Positions 52,701 through 63,020 of a stretch of 64,000 nucleotides of DNA are shown one piece after another. The translations under genes and the position numbers were made by a program. A model generated the notes under the pieces. That model had not been told where the DNA came from. It searched no databases and saw only the letters and a list, made by a program, of their open reading frames with translations. Source of the DNA: Yuukianura sp. NJ FZ-2021 (lineage: Eukaryota); NCBI GenBank assembly GCA_046563655.1, contig CM102283.1:4030001-4094000 (forward strand), in the 5' to 3' direction. How positions within the stretch are numbered: position 1 is the stretch's first letter; each line of letters opens with the position of its first letter.

Positions 52701-55700
52701 AATCAGACCTTAGTTGAAAAATATTTTCAACAACACTGGTTTCAAAAAACCACTTGAAGATCCTCAAACTAGACAAAAGTCCCTATTTTTGTAGTCTGTC
52801 TCCATAGCGTCAAATTAAAATTGCTAATCTTGGTACAATTCCGTTCCTCATAATTGAATTTCAGACCTTAGTTGAAAAATATTTTCAACAATACTGGTTT
52901 CAAGAAACCACTTGAAGATCCTCAAACTAGGTAAATGTCCCTTTTTTGTTGTCTGTCTCCAAAGCGTCAAATTAAAATTGCTAATCTTGGTACAATTCCG
53001 TTCCTCAGGATTTAATTTCAGACCTTATTGAAAAATATTTTCAACAACACTGGTTTCGAAAAACCACTTGAAGATCCTCAAACTAGACAAAAGTCCCTAT
53101 TTTTGTAGTCTGTCTATATAGCGTCAAATTAAAATTGCTATCTTGGCACAATTCCGTTCCTCAGGATTCAGTCAGACCTTAGTTGAAAAATATTTTCAAC
53201 AACACTGGTTTCAAAAAACCACTTGAAGATTCTCAAACTAGACAAATGTCCCTATTTTTGTAGTCTGTCTCCATAGCGTCAAATTAAAATTGCTATCTTG
53301 GCACAATTCCGTTCCTCAGGATTCAATCAGACCTTAGTTGAAAAATATTTTCAACAACACTGGTTTCAAAAAACCACTTGAAGATCCTCAAACTAGACAA
53401 ATGTCCCTATTTTTGTAGTCTGTCTCCAATAGCGTCAAATTAAAATTGCTATCTTGGCACAATTCCGTTCCTCAGGATTCAATCAGACCTTAGTTGAAAA
53501 ATATTTTCAACACTGGTTTCAAAAAACCATTTGAAGATCCTCAAACTAGACAAATGTCCCTATTTTTGTAGTCTGTCTCCATAGCGTCAAATTAAAATTG
53601 CTTTCTTGGCACAATTCCGTTCCTCAGGATTCAATCAGACCTTAGTTGAAAAATATTTTCAACAACACTGGTTTCAAAAAACCACTTGAAGATCCTCAAA
53701 CTAGACAAAAGTCCCTATTTTTGTAGTCTGTCTCCATAGCGTCAAATTAAAATTGCTAATCTTGGTACAATTCCGTTCCTCAGGATTGAATTTCAGACCT
53801 TAGTTGAAAAATATTTTCAACAACACTGGTTTCAAAAAACCACTTGAAGATCCTCAAACTAGACAAATGTCCCTATTTTTGTAGTCTGTCTCCAAAGCGT
53901 CAAATTAAAATTGCTATCTTGGCACAATTCCGTTCCTCAGGATTCAATCAGACCTTAGTTGAAAAATATTTTCAACAACACTGGTTTCAAAAAACCACTT
54001 GAAGATCCTCAAACTAGACAAATGTCCCTATTTTTGTAGTCTGTCTCCATAGCGTCAAATTAAAATTGCTATCTTGGCACAATTCCGTTCCTCAGGATTC
54101 AATCAGACCTTAGTTGAAAAATATTTTCAACAACACTGGTTTCAAAAAACCACTTGAAGATCCTCAAACTAGACAAATGTCCCTATTTTTGTAGTCTGTC
54201 TCCATAGCGTCAAATTAAAATTGCTATCTTGGCACAATTCCGTTCCTCAGGATTCAATCAGACCTTAGTTGAAAAATATTTTCAACAACACTGGTTTCAA
54301 AAAACCACTTGAAGATCCTCAAACTAGACAAATGTCCCTATTTTTGTAGTCTGTCTCCATAGCGTCAAATTAAAATTGCTATCTTGGCACAATTCCGTTC
54401 CTCAGGATTCAGACGTTAGTTGAAAAATATTTTCAACAACACTGGTTTCAAAAAACCACTTGAAGATCCTCAAACTAGACAAATGTCCCTATTTTTGTAG
54501 TCTGTCTCCATAGCGTCAAATTAAAATTGCTATCTTGGCACAATTCCGTTCCTCAGGATTGAATTTCAGACCTTAGTTGAAAAATATTTTCAACAACACT
54601 GGTTTCAAAAAACCACTTGAAGATCCTCAAACTAGACAAATGTCCCTATTTTTGTAGTCTGTCTCCATAGCGTCAAATTAAAATTGCTATCTTGGCACAA
54701 TTCCGTTCCTCAGGATTCAATCAGACCTTAGTTGAAAAATATTTTCAACAACACTGGTTTCAAAAAACCACTTGAAGATCCTCAAACTAGACAAATGTCC
54801 CTATTTTTGTAGTCTGTCTCCATAGCGTCAAATTAAAATTGCTATCTTGGCACAATTCCGTTCCTCAGGATTCAATCAGACCTTAGTTGAAAAATATTTT
54901 CAACAACACTGGTTTCAAAAAACCACTTGAAGATCCTCAAACTAGACAAATGTCCCTATTTTTGTAGTCTGTCTCCATAGCGTCAAATTAAAATTGCTAT
55001 CTTGGCACAATTCCGTTCCTCAGGATTTAATTTCAGACCTTAGTTGAAAAATATTTTCAACAACACTGGTTTCAAAAAACCACTTGAAGATCCTCAAACT
55101 AGACAAAAGTCCCTATTTTTGTAGTCTGTCTCCATAGCGTCAAATTAAAATTGCTATCTTGGCACAATTCCGTTCCTCAGGATTCAATCAGACCTTAGTT
55201 GAAAAATATTTTCAACAACACTGGTTTCAAAAAACCACTTGAAGATCCTCAAACTAGACAAATGTCCCTATTTTTGTAGTCTGTCTCCATAGCGTCAAAT
55301 TAAAATTGCTATCTTGGCACAATTCCGTTCCTCAGGATTCAATCAGACCTTAGTTGAAAAATATTTTCAACAACACTGGTTTCAAAAAACCACTTGAAGA
55401 TCCTCAAACTAGACAAATGTCCCTATTTTTGTAGTCTGTCTCCATAGCGTCAAATTAAAATTGCTATCTTGGCACAATTCCGTTCCTCAGGATTGAATTT
55501 CAGACCTTAGTTGAAAAATATTTTCAACAACACTGGTTTCAAAAAACCACTTGAAGATCCTCAAACTAGACAAATGTCCCTATTTTTGTAGTCTGTCTCC
55601 ATAGCGTCAAATTAAAATTGCTATCTTGGCACAATTCCGTTCCTCAGGATTCAATCAGACCTTAGTTGAAAAATATTTTCAACAACACTGGTTTCAAAAA

Positions 55701-58024
55701 ACCACTTGAAGATCCTCAAACTAGACAAATGTCCCTATTTTTGTAGTCTGTCTCCATAGCGTCAAATTAAAATTGCTATCTTGGCACAATTCCGTTCCTC
55801 AGGATTCAATCAGACCTTAGTTGAAAAATATTTTCAACAACACTGGTTTCAAAAAACCACTTGAAGATCCTCAAACTAGACAAATGTCCCTATTTTTGTA
55901 GTCTGTCTCCATAGCGTCAAATTAAAATTGCTATCTTGGCACAATTCCGTTCCTCAGGATTCAATCAGACCTTAGTTGAAAAATATTTTCAACAACACTG
56001 GTTTCAAAAAACCACTTGAAGATCCTCAAACTAGACAAAAGTCCCTATTTTTGTAGTCTGTCTCCATAGCGTCAAATTAAAATTGCTAATCTTGGTACAA
56101 TTCCGTTCCTCAGGATTTAATTTCAGACCTTAGTTGAAAAATATTTTCAACAACACTGGTTTCAAAAAACCACTTGAAGATCCTCAAACTAGACAAAAGT
56201 CCCTATTTTTGTAGTCTGTCTATATAGCGTCAAATTAAAATTGCTATCTTGGCACAATTCCGTTCCTCAGGATTTAATTTCAGACCTTATTGAAAAATAT
56301 TTTCAACAACACTGGTTTCAAAAAACCACTTGAAGATCCTCAAACTAGACAAATGTCCCTATTTTTGTAGTCTGTCTCCATAGCGTCAAATTAAAATTGC
56401 TATCTTGGCACAATTCCGTTCCTCAGGATTCAATCAGACCTTAGTTGAAAAATATTTTCAACAACACTGGTTTCAAAAAACCACTTGAAGATCCTCAAAC
56501 TAGACAAATGTCCCTATTTTTGTAGTCTGTCTCCATAGCGTCAAATTAAAATTGCTATCTTGGCACAATTCCGTTCCTCAGGATTCAATCAGACCTTAGT
56601 TGAAAAATATTTTCAACAACACTGGTTTCAAAAAACCACTTGAAGATCCTCAAACTAGACAAAAGTCCCTATTTTTGTAGTCTGTCTCCATAGCGTCAAA
56701 TTAAAATTGCTAATCTTGGTACAATTCCGTTCCTCATAATTGAATTTCAGACCTTAGTTGAAAAATATTTTCAACAATACTGGTTTCAAGAAACCACTTG
56801 AAGATCCTCAAACTAGGTAAATGTCACTATTTTTGTTGTCTGTCTCCAAAGCGTCAAATTAAAATTGCTAATCTTGGTACAATTCCGTTCCTCAGGATTT
56901 AATTTCAGACCTTATTGAAAAATATTTTCAACAACACTGGTTTCGAAAAACCACTTGAAGATCCTCAAACTAGACAAAAGTCCCTATTTTTGTAGTCTGT
57001 CTATATAGCGTCAAATTAAAATTGCTATCTTGGCACAATTCCGTTCCTCAGGATTCAGTCAGACCTTAGTTGAAAAATATTTTCAACAACACTGGTTTCA
57101 AAAAACCACTTGAAGATTCTCAAACTAGACAAATGTCCCTATTTTTGTAGTCTGTCTCCATAGCGTCAAATTAAAATTGCTATCTTGGCACAATTCCGTT
57201 CCTCAGGATTCAATCAGACCTTAGTTGAAAAATATTTTCAACAACACTGGTTTCAAAAAACCACTTGAAGATCCTCAAGCTAGACAAATGTCCCTATTTT
57301 TGTAGTCTGTCTCAATAGCGTCAAATTAAAATTGCTATCTTGGCACAATTCCGTTCCTCAGGATTCAATCAGACCTTAGTTGAAAAATATTTTCAACACT
57401 GGTTTCAAAAAACCATTTGAAGATCCTCAAACTAGACAAATGTCCCTATTTTTGTAGTCTGTCTCCATAGCGTCAAATTAAAATTGCTTTCTTGGCACAA
57501 TTCCGTTCCTCAGTATTCAATCAGACCTTAGTTGAAAAATATTTTCAACAACACTGGTTTCAAAAAACCACTTGAAGATCCTCAAACTAGGTAAATGTCC
57601 CTTATTTGTAGTCTGTCTCCAAAGCGTCAAATTAAAATTGCTATCTTGGCACAATTCCGTTCCTCAGGATTCAATCAGACCTTAGTTGAAAAATATTTTC
57701 AACACTGGTTTCAAAAAACCATTTGAAGATCCTCAAACTAGACAAATGTCCCTATTTTTGTAGTCTGTCTCCATAGCGTCAAATTAAAATTGCTTTCTTG
57801 GCACAATTCCGTTCCTCAGTATTCAATCAGACCTTAGTTGAAAAATATTTTCAACAACACTGGTTTCAAAAAACCACTTGAAGATCCTCAAACTAGGTAA
57901 ATGTCCCTTATTTGTAGTCTGTCTCCATAGCGTCAAATTAAAATTGCTATCTTGGCACAATTCCGTTCCTCAGGATTCAATCAGACCTTAGTTGAAAAAT
58001 ATTTTCAACAACACTGGTTTCAAA
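19716..58024. repeat. Satellite B, 155/157-bp monomer, about 245 head-to-tail copies (centromere-like)
   Basis: Uninterrupted single-orientation array. The 155-bp (GATTCAATCAGAC) and 157-bp (GATT[G/T/C]AATTTCAGAC) variants differ by a 2-bp indel. Copy number estimated as length divided by 156. Confidence 0.97.
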
Positions 58025-58645
58025 TCATTCCAAAATTCTGAGCCAACATCAACGTGGTAGGTTCAAACTTGCGTTTAGGTTCAAACAAATGTTGTCAAAC
58101 TCGGAACATTTATAATTTTGTTTGGATAACTCCACATAAAGTTATCAGCAAAAAATTGGCTTGGAATGTCACTCCAACGAAGTCTCTTAAGTACAACTTC
58201 ATCAAAACGTCATTTAAATATGCATGAAGACTCGTGCCAATTTGGATTACCATGAATCAGATTAAAACCATTTCAAGAATAGATTATGGAAAATTTCTGG
58301 TTTCGTGTACTTTTTTTTGAAAAATCTGAAAATTTTTGTACAAACACCACATGGACCCCACATAACAAAACACAAAAAAAATTGACCGGAAATAAAAAAG
58401 AATTCGAATTTTTTTTTCAAAATTTTGATAAATTTTTTGTTCTTTCGAATTTCTTTAAAATCGGTTTCTAGGCTAATTTAAGTATGCTGAACACGATTCT
58501 TAAAGAATTTTTCAAAACAAGGTAGGGCAATGCTCAAGGGTTGAGCATAGGTCTTCTGCGCTGAAACATTTGCGCTGAAACATAAGCCCCATCGCAATCG
58601 GGTGGTTATCTATGGCTCAAGTGTTTTTAGTAGGTCTACATTGTA

Positions 58646-60290
58646 CAGAGGCTTTTTTAAGTACTGTCCCAAGGTCATGCCTATAGCGCTAAGGTAAGCT
58701 AGCCACCTTTTGGGAGAAAACTCAACTTCTCTTTTCCCTCCACAAATTGCGCGGTTCTTTGCTAACCAACTCTGACAGATCCAAAATTAAGCAGAAAAAC
58801 AAAGTTTTAAAACTATCAGTTGAAATTAAGTTGCGATTGTTTAAGTCTTAATTACTATTAATTACATCTGAGTTGTCAACCGAATCGGAGTTGTGAGGGA
58901 CGGAGAGCATCTTGTTAGCACCCCTGGTAAGCCTAATTTTGGCAATAATGAAAGAAATACGATTTTCGGGTAGAAATTTTTAGATAAATGGTTTAGAATG
59001 ATTTAAATTATTTTAGAACATGAATTTTTCCCCTGAACAACGGCTTTCTGTGATCAAGCTACGCTACGCAAATCCTGGAAAAACCGACCTGGAAATCATG
59101 GACATGTACAACGCTCTCGACACCTCAGTGACTCATCCAATGTCACATCCCAAAAGCGTGAAGAGAATCATTGAAAAATTAGAAACGACGTTTACTCTGT
59201 TAGACGTGAAAAAACCTGGGCGGCCGAAAAGTGTAACGTCGGAGGGAATGACTGCTTCAGTGTTAGCATCCGTCAACGTGAACCCTCATATGTCACTGAA
59301 GAAAAGAGCCTTTGATGCTGGCGTGTCAGCGTCATCAATCTACAAAATTTTTAAAGAACAACGTCTCAAACCCTTCAAAATTCGCCGCTTGCAAAAACTT
59401 TCGGAGGGAGATGAGAATAAGAGACTGGATTTTGCGGAACAAATGATACCTAGAATGGAAGAGAACGACAAATTGATTATGTCTACCATCTTTTGGGATG
59501 AAGCCACCTTTTTCCTGAACGACGAGTTTAACCGACAAAATTTTCGTTTTTGGTCTAAAGAAAATCCGAATTGGTACGAAGGGGAGAAAACTCGTGGGTC
59601 GCCAAAAATAAACGTCGGTGTGGGGATTCTTGGGAACGAAATACTTGGACCTTATTTTTTTGACGGAAACATAACTGGCGATGCATATCTGAAAATGCTA
59701 AAGGACTGGCTCTACTATGAAGCGAAATACTCTGCAGCGAATCAGCAAATTGAATGGGATCAAGTGTATTTTCAGCACGATGGTGCACCGCCACACTTTT
59801 CGTTAAAAGTCAGAGCTTGGCTGGCAGAAGAATTTCCTGGGCGCGTTATCGGAAGAGGAGGCGACATGCCATGGCCAGCACGCTCTCCAGACTTCGCACC
59901 GCTGGACTATTTTTTTGGGGGATTTATGCGGAGTGAAATCTATCTTCCACCAAGTCAAGAAACAATTGAAAATTTGAAAGTAAGGATTGAACACTTTTGC
60001 AGAAATTCAGTTCACTCGGAAATCCTGAAGAACATGCGAAGATCGTTTGCTGACCGTATGTGGTACTGCGTAGCTGCAGAAGGCGGACATTTTGAACACT
60101 TTAAAAAATAAAATCTCTAAAAATAAACTTCATGCTCAAAAATATTTTTTCTACTGAAATTTAAATCCTTTCGTTTTGTTATGCTTTGTTTTCGCGCAAA
60201 ACTCGCGGGAGAGGAGCTGAGTTTGATAAAACCCAGAAGCGTCACGCTCAACATTCTTGAGACAATAGGCAGTACTTAAAAAAGCCTCTG
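58646..60290 (+). mobile_element. Tc1/mariner DNA transposon, DD41D (rosa/VS-like) family, 1645 bp
   Basis: Perfect 21-bp TIRs CAGAGGCTTTTTTAAGTACTG (58646-58666 and 60270-60290), TA target duplications at 58644-58645 and 60291-60292, single transposase ORF. Confidence 0.93.
59020..60111 (+). CDS. DD41D transposase (363 aa)
   Basis: GRP motif after the N-terminal HTH; catalytic FWDEA, QHDGAPPH and WPARSPDFAPLD, with 41 residues between the second and third Asp. Confidence 0.92.
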   Translation: MNFSPEQRLSVIKLRYANPGKTDLEIMDMYNALDTSVTHPMSHPKSVKRIIEKLETTFTLLDVKKPGRPKSVTSEGMTASVLASVNVNPHMSLKKRAFDAGVSASSIYKIFKEQRLKPFKIRRLQKLSEGDENKRLDFAEQMIPRMEENDKLIMSTIFWDEATFFLNDEFNRQNFRFWSKENPNWYEGEKTRGSPKINVGVGILGNEILGPYFFDGNITGDAYLKMLKDWLYYEAKYSAANQQIEWDQVYFQHDGAPPHFSLKVRAWLAEEFPGRVIGRGGDMPWPARSPDFAPLDYFFGGFMRSEIYLPPSQETIENLKVRIEHFCRNSVHSEILKNMRRSFADRMWYCVAAEGGHFEHFKK

Positions 60291-60374
60291 TACTTAAAGT
60301 CGTACATTAACAACGTAGAAGTGGGCGGCTACTTTACATACCCGCAGTATTGTGGCTCCGCAAAACGGTTTTGG

Positions 60375-60510
60375 AGATGGCAGTGCTTTTGGTTTTGAAA
60401 AGCTTAGGTTTTGATACGATACAACCAAAGCCATTACCTTCTCCAAAAAAAATTGCAACACTTAATTACTACCATGACGATGTTCTGAAAGGACATGCCT
60501 TTTGGAGGAC
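60375..60510 (+). pseudogene. 3' fragment of a paralog of the lipocalin-like gene at 61028
   Basis: AGATGGCAGTGCTTTTGGTTTT(G/A)AAAAGCTTAGG...AAAAAATTGCAACA aligns with about 61668-61800 and carries a 5-bp GATAC duplication that shifts the frame. Confidence 0.85.
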
Positions 60511-61027
60511 TTGAAAATATTCAAATTGGATTTCAAGGCTGGAGTTTTTATTACTAACCTTCAAATTATATCGTTGAATTAATTATTTAGCCATCTTTGG
60601 CTTTTACTTAATGAGTAGCTCAGTACGTTGCTACAACTGATAGTACTTATGCAGATTCAGTAATTAGTATGAATTAAGCTTGAAATAAAACTTGAAATTA
60701 ATAAATTACAATATTGGCTTATTAGCATCCAAATTACATTACGATCTGTAAGAAAACGCGGAATTAAAATGCATTTTTTTGCCACCAGTACAGACTTTTA
60801 TTGGAATAATCTGTTAAGCGCAGTGTGGCTGAATGGTTAAACGCCAAGTGGCTTAATTCCACTTAACATCCAGGCGTGGATAAAATATCAAAAAAGTGGA
60901 CATCCAAAAACACTCTTTCTTTTGTCTTGACTTCATCACCTCTTCTCAGTTCAGCAGGTTTATTTTTGGCGCATTTCATCCCAATTTCTCATTCAGGTCA
61001 AATCTGAAACAGTCTCAATTTGAGGTA

Positions 61028-61753
61028 ATGTTTTCGCACAGTTGGAAATATCTACTTGTCGCCTTAGGTACGCTGTGTACAAGAGGCGTTGAAGGAAGGT
61101 CATGGGCGGTAGATGACATTCAGGAGCCCCAATGCGACAATTGTCGCTGTCTCGGTCAAAGTTTACCAAACAATCACAGTGCACTCCAGAAGGCTCTGAG
61201 CAAGGCCAAGTACCATAACATGAAAAGTCAACTTGGAGCATTTATCGACAGCCTGTACATGCGAGGAGTACCCATTTCCAGTGATGCGGACCTGGACTCG
61301 ACCTGCTACGGATCCGATAATGGTGTGATGCCCGGTGGAAGGCTGTCTTACACTTGGATCTATGGAAACGTTAGAGTTGGATGGACATATCAAATGGGAC
61401 AAACTTCAACCGAGCCAATACGCTGCATCGAAACGGTTTACGTTGGAAACACACCTTCCGTTCACAACAACTGTGGCTTTCGACACGTAATTCTGGCAAA
61501 GATGAGCAAGAAACATTCTAAAATGTACGACGACTTAGTAGGTGATGGATCTACTTTGCGTGCAATTGTCTGGACTGATGGATCAGCTGTACTTAAAACC
61601 CTTTGCTACTCTGGAAAAACTGTTTACTACGTCGAATCTCCCAGGAAGCGGCTCAAGAAGAAAACGAAGATGGCAGTGCTTTTGGTTTTAAAAAGCTTAG
61701 GCTTTGATACCACCAAAACCATTACTTACTCCAGAAAAAATTGCAACAAATAG
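61028..61753 (+). CDS. Secreted Cys-containing protein, divergent lipocalin/calycin-like (241 aa, intronless CDS)
   Basis: First ATG gives signal peptide MFSHSWKYLLVALGTLCTRGVEG. C-terminus IVWTDG...LC...YYVESPRKRL...VLKSLGFD...NC resembles lipocalin SCR2/SCR3 plus helix and terminal Cys. The fold call is inference. Confidence 0.7.
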   Translation: MFSHSWKYLLVALGTLCTRGVEGRSWAVDDIQEPQCDNCRCLGQSLPNNHSALQKALSKAKYHNMKSQLGAFIDSLYMRGVPISSDADLDSTCYGSDNGVMPGGRLSYTWIYGNVRVGWTYQMGQTSTEPIRCIETVYVGNTPSVHNNCGFRHVILAKMSKKHSKMYDDLVGDGSTLRAIVWTDGSAVLKTLCYSGKTVYYVESPRKRLKKKTKMAVLLVLKSLGFDTTKTITYSRKNCNK

Positions 61754-61897
61754 TTTGCTACAAAAGAAAGGATTTGTAAGGACATGCGCTTTGAAGAGTG
61801 GTTACCGTTTTTTGCGTCTAGGAATACGCGGTTCTTCGCTTATGTGTAATATGTAATAAACTTTAGATAATTACACCAATTTATTAGGCACGACTTC

Positions 61898-62382
61898 AAT
61901 CAAGGCCTAAATAAAAAGACACGCCGCATTACTAAGGTAGTCTCACGAGCGGTTTTTTCAAGTTTTTTGGTGAGATTTTTTAGTGGGGCGGATTGTTTGT
62001 TTTTAACATTTCTCTCACAACGTTTTCCTTCCCGAAATCGTTGGATACAGTACAATGTAAATCCGTCCATTGTAACCACCGAATGCTGCCAATCATCGGA
62101 CCGGTGGTTTAGATTGGTTTCAGGATTGGAAATGGAATACAATGACGACAATACTGCGGGTGCGTAAAGTGGCTTACTATTTCTACGTTGTTAAGATAAC
62201 ACTTTGAGTGCAATGTAGACTTAATGAAAACACTTGAGGCATACATAACCCCACGAACACAATGGAGCTCATGTTTCATTGCAAAAAATCCTAAAAAGTG
62301 TGACGGACGGAGAGACAGACAAAGTCGTATCAATAGTCTTCTTCATCATGTCGTAGACATGCGTCTCCAGCAGACTACTAAT
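61898..62382 (+). mobile_element. Helentron/HINE (DINE-1-like) non-autonomous element
   Basis: (GACG/GACA)n microsatellite 62302-62321, ATAGTCT (62333) and AGACTACT (62372) inverted pair enclosing hairpin CATGTC-GTA-GACATG (62347-62361). The left boundary is uncertain. Confidence 0.6.
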
Positions 62383-62670
62383 ACCTAACCTGACCTAATC
62401 TTAATTAGAATCAAAAAAAAATTTTCAAAAAAAAAATTACAAAAACCTACATCAAAATTATGATTGAGGGAGGGTCTTACGATTTATGGAGTAAAGTGCT
62501 GTTCGATTTTATAGGACTAATGGCGTGCTTCGTTCCACCACCTTGTTACACATGCTTTAATTCAAGATTTATTTCCACGTTTTACTTTCACTCAGCCAAG
62601 GTTCCACGTACACTTAGTCACTTAGTCGCTAAGGGACCCCAGCACTTGTATTTAGTTACTAAGCAGGAAG

Positions 62671-63020
62671 TGTAATAGCAAGGCCAGGTTAATTAAGACA
62701 AAACCACAAGGCCAGGTAGATAATTCGATTAAGAATCAGCCTCACCGCAGGCCCTCTTTATCACCCAATTAGTGTTACCACAGCCTACGCCGGTAATGCG
62801 GTTAGTGCTCCTGCGGTTGTTACTTTACCACTTGTTTACCACAAAAGGTACTATCTAACCACCTTCAATTAACGGATAATTAAGCACCTGGCATAAATAC
62901 CCGGCAGTCACTGCCTAAAGTTAAGTCAGTACAGAAGTCGAAGAAGTAAGCGAAACTCGAATAAAGGAAGTACGACACTTAATAAGAACATAGGGACTTC
63001 ATTTTCACCTCCTCGCAACA
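62671..63020 (+). mobile_element. Probable 5' LTR of an LTR retrotransposon, with leader sequence continuing to the window end
   Basis: TGT...GCAACA ends, CATAAATA (62892) about 32 nt before AAGTCAGT, AATAAA at about 62960, tandem CAAGGCCAGGT repeats, TGG just downstream, then a GC-rich leader. No gag/pol ORF or second LTR in the window; 5' boundary uncertain. Confidence 0.45.

Larger units (their letters stand above)
58516..60352. mobile_element. Helentron/HINE-like non-autonomous element fragment, interrupted by the mariner
   Basis: AACAAG end (58516) followed by hairpin ATGCTCAA-GGG-TTGAGCAT (58530-58548) and ATAGGTCTTCTG. Internal sequence 58603-58645 joined to 60293-60352 matches the reverse complement of 62148-62250. 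Confidence 0.5.

Noticed and set aside
1-58024. CRISPR-like appearance of the regular repeats
   Set aside because: Whole units repeat with no unique spacers, no cas genes, eukaryotic context.
58025-58512. Possible transposon terminus enclosing satellite B
   Set aside because: Repeat-like in style, but I found no inverted terminus or target duplication matching the left edge near 13300.
60896-61027. N-terminal extension of the 285-aa ORF from the GTG at 60896
   Set aside because: Pyrimidine-rich UTR or intron-like sequence; the signal peptide begins at ATG 61028.
62713-62719. CAGGTAG Zelda/TAGteam motif in the putative LTR
   Set aside because: A single 7-mer, compatible with chance.
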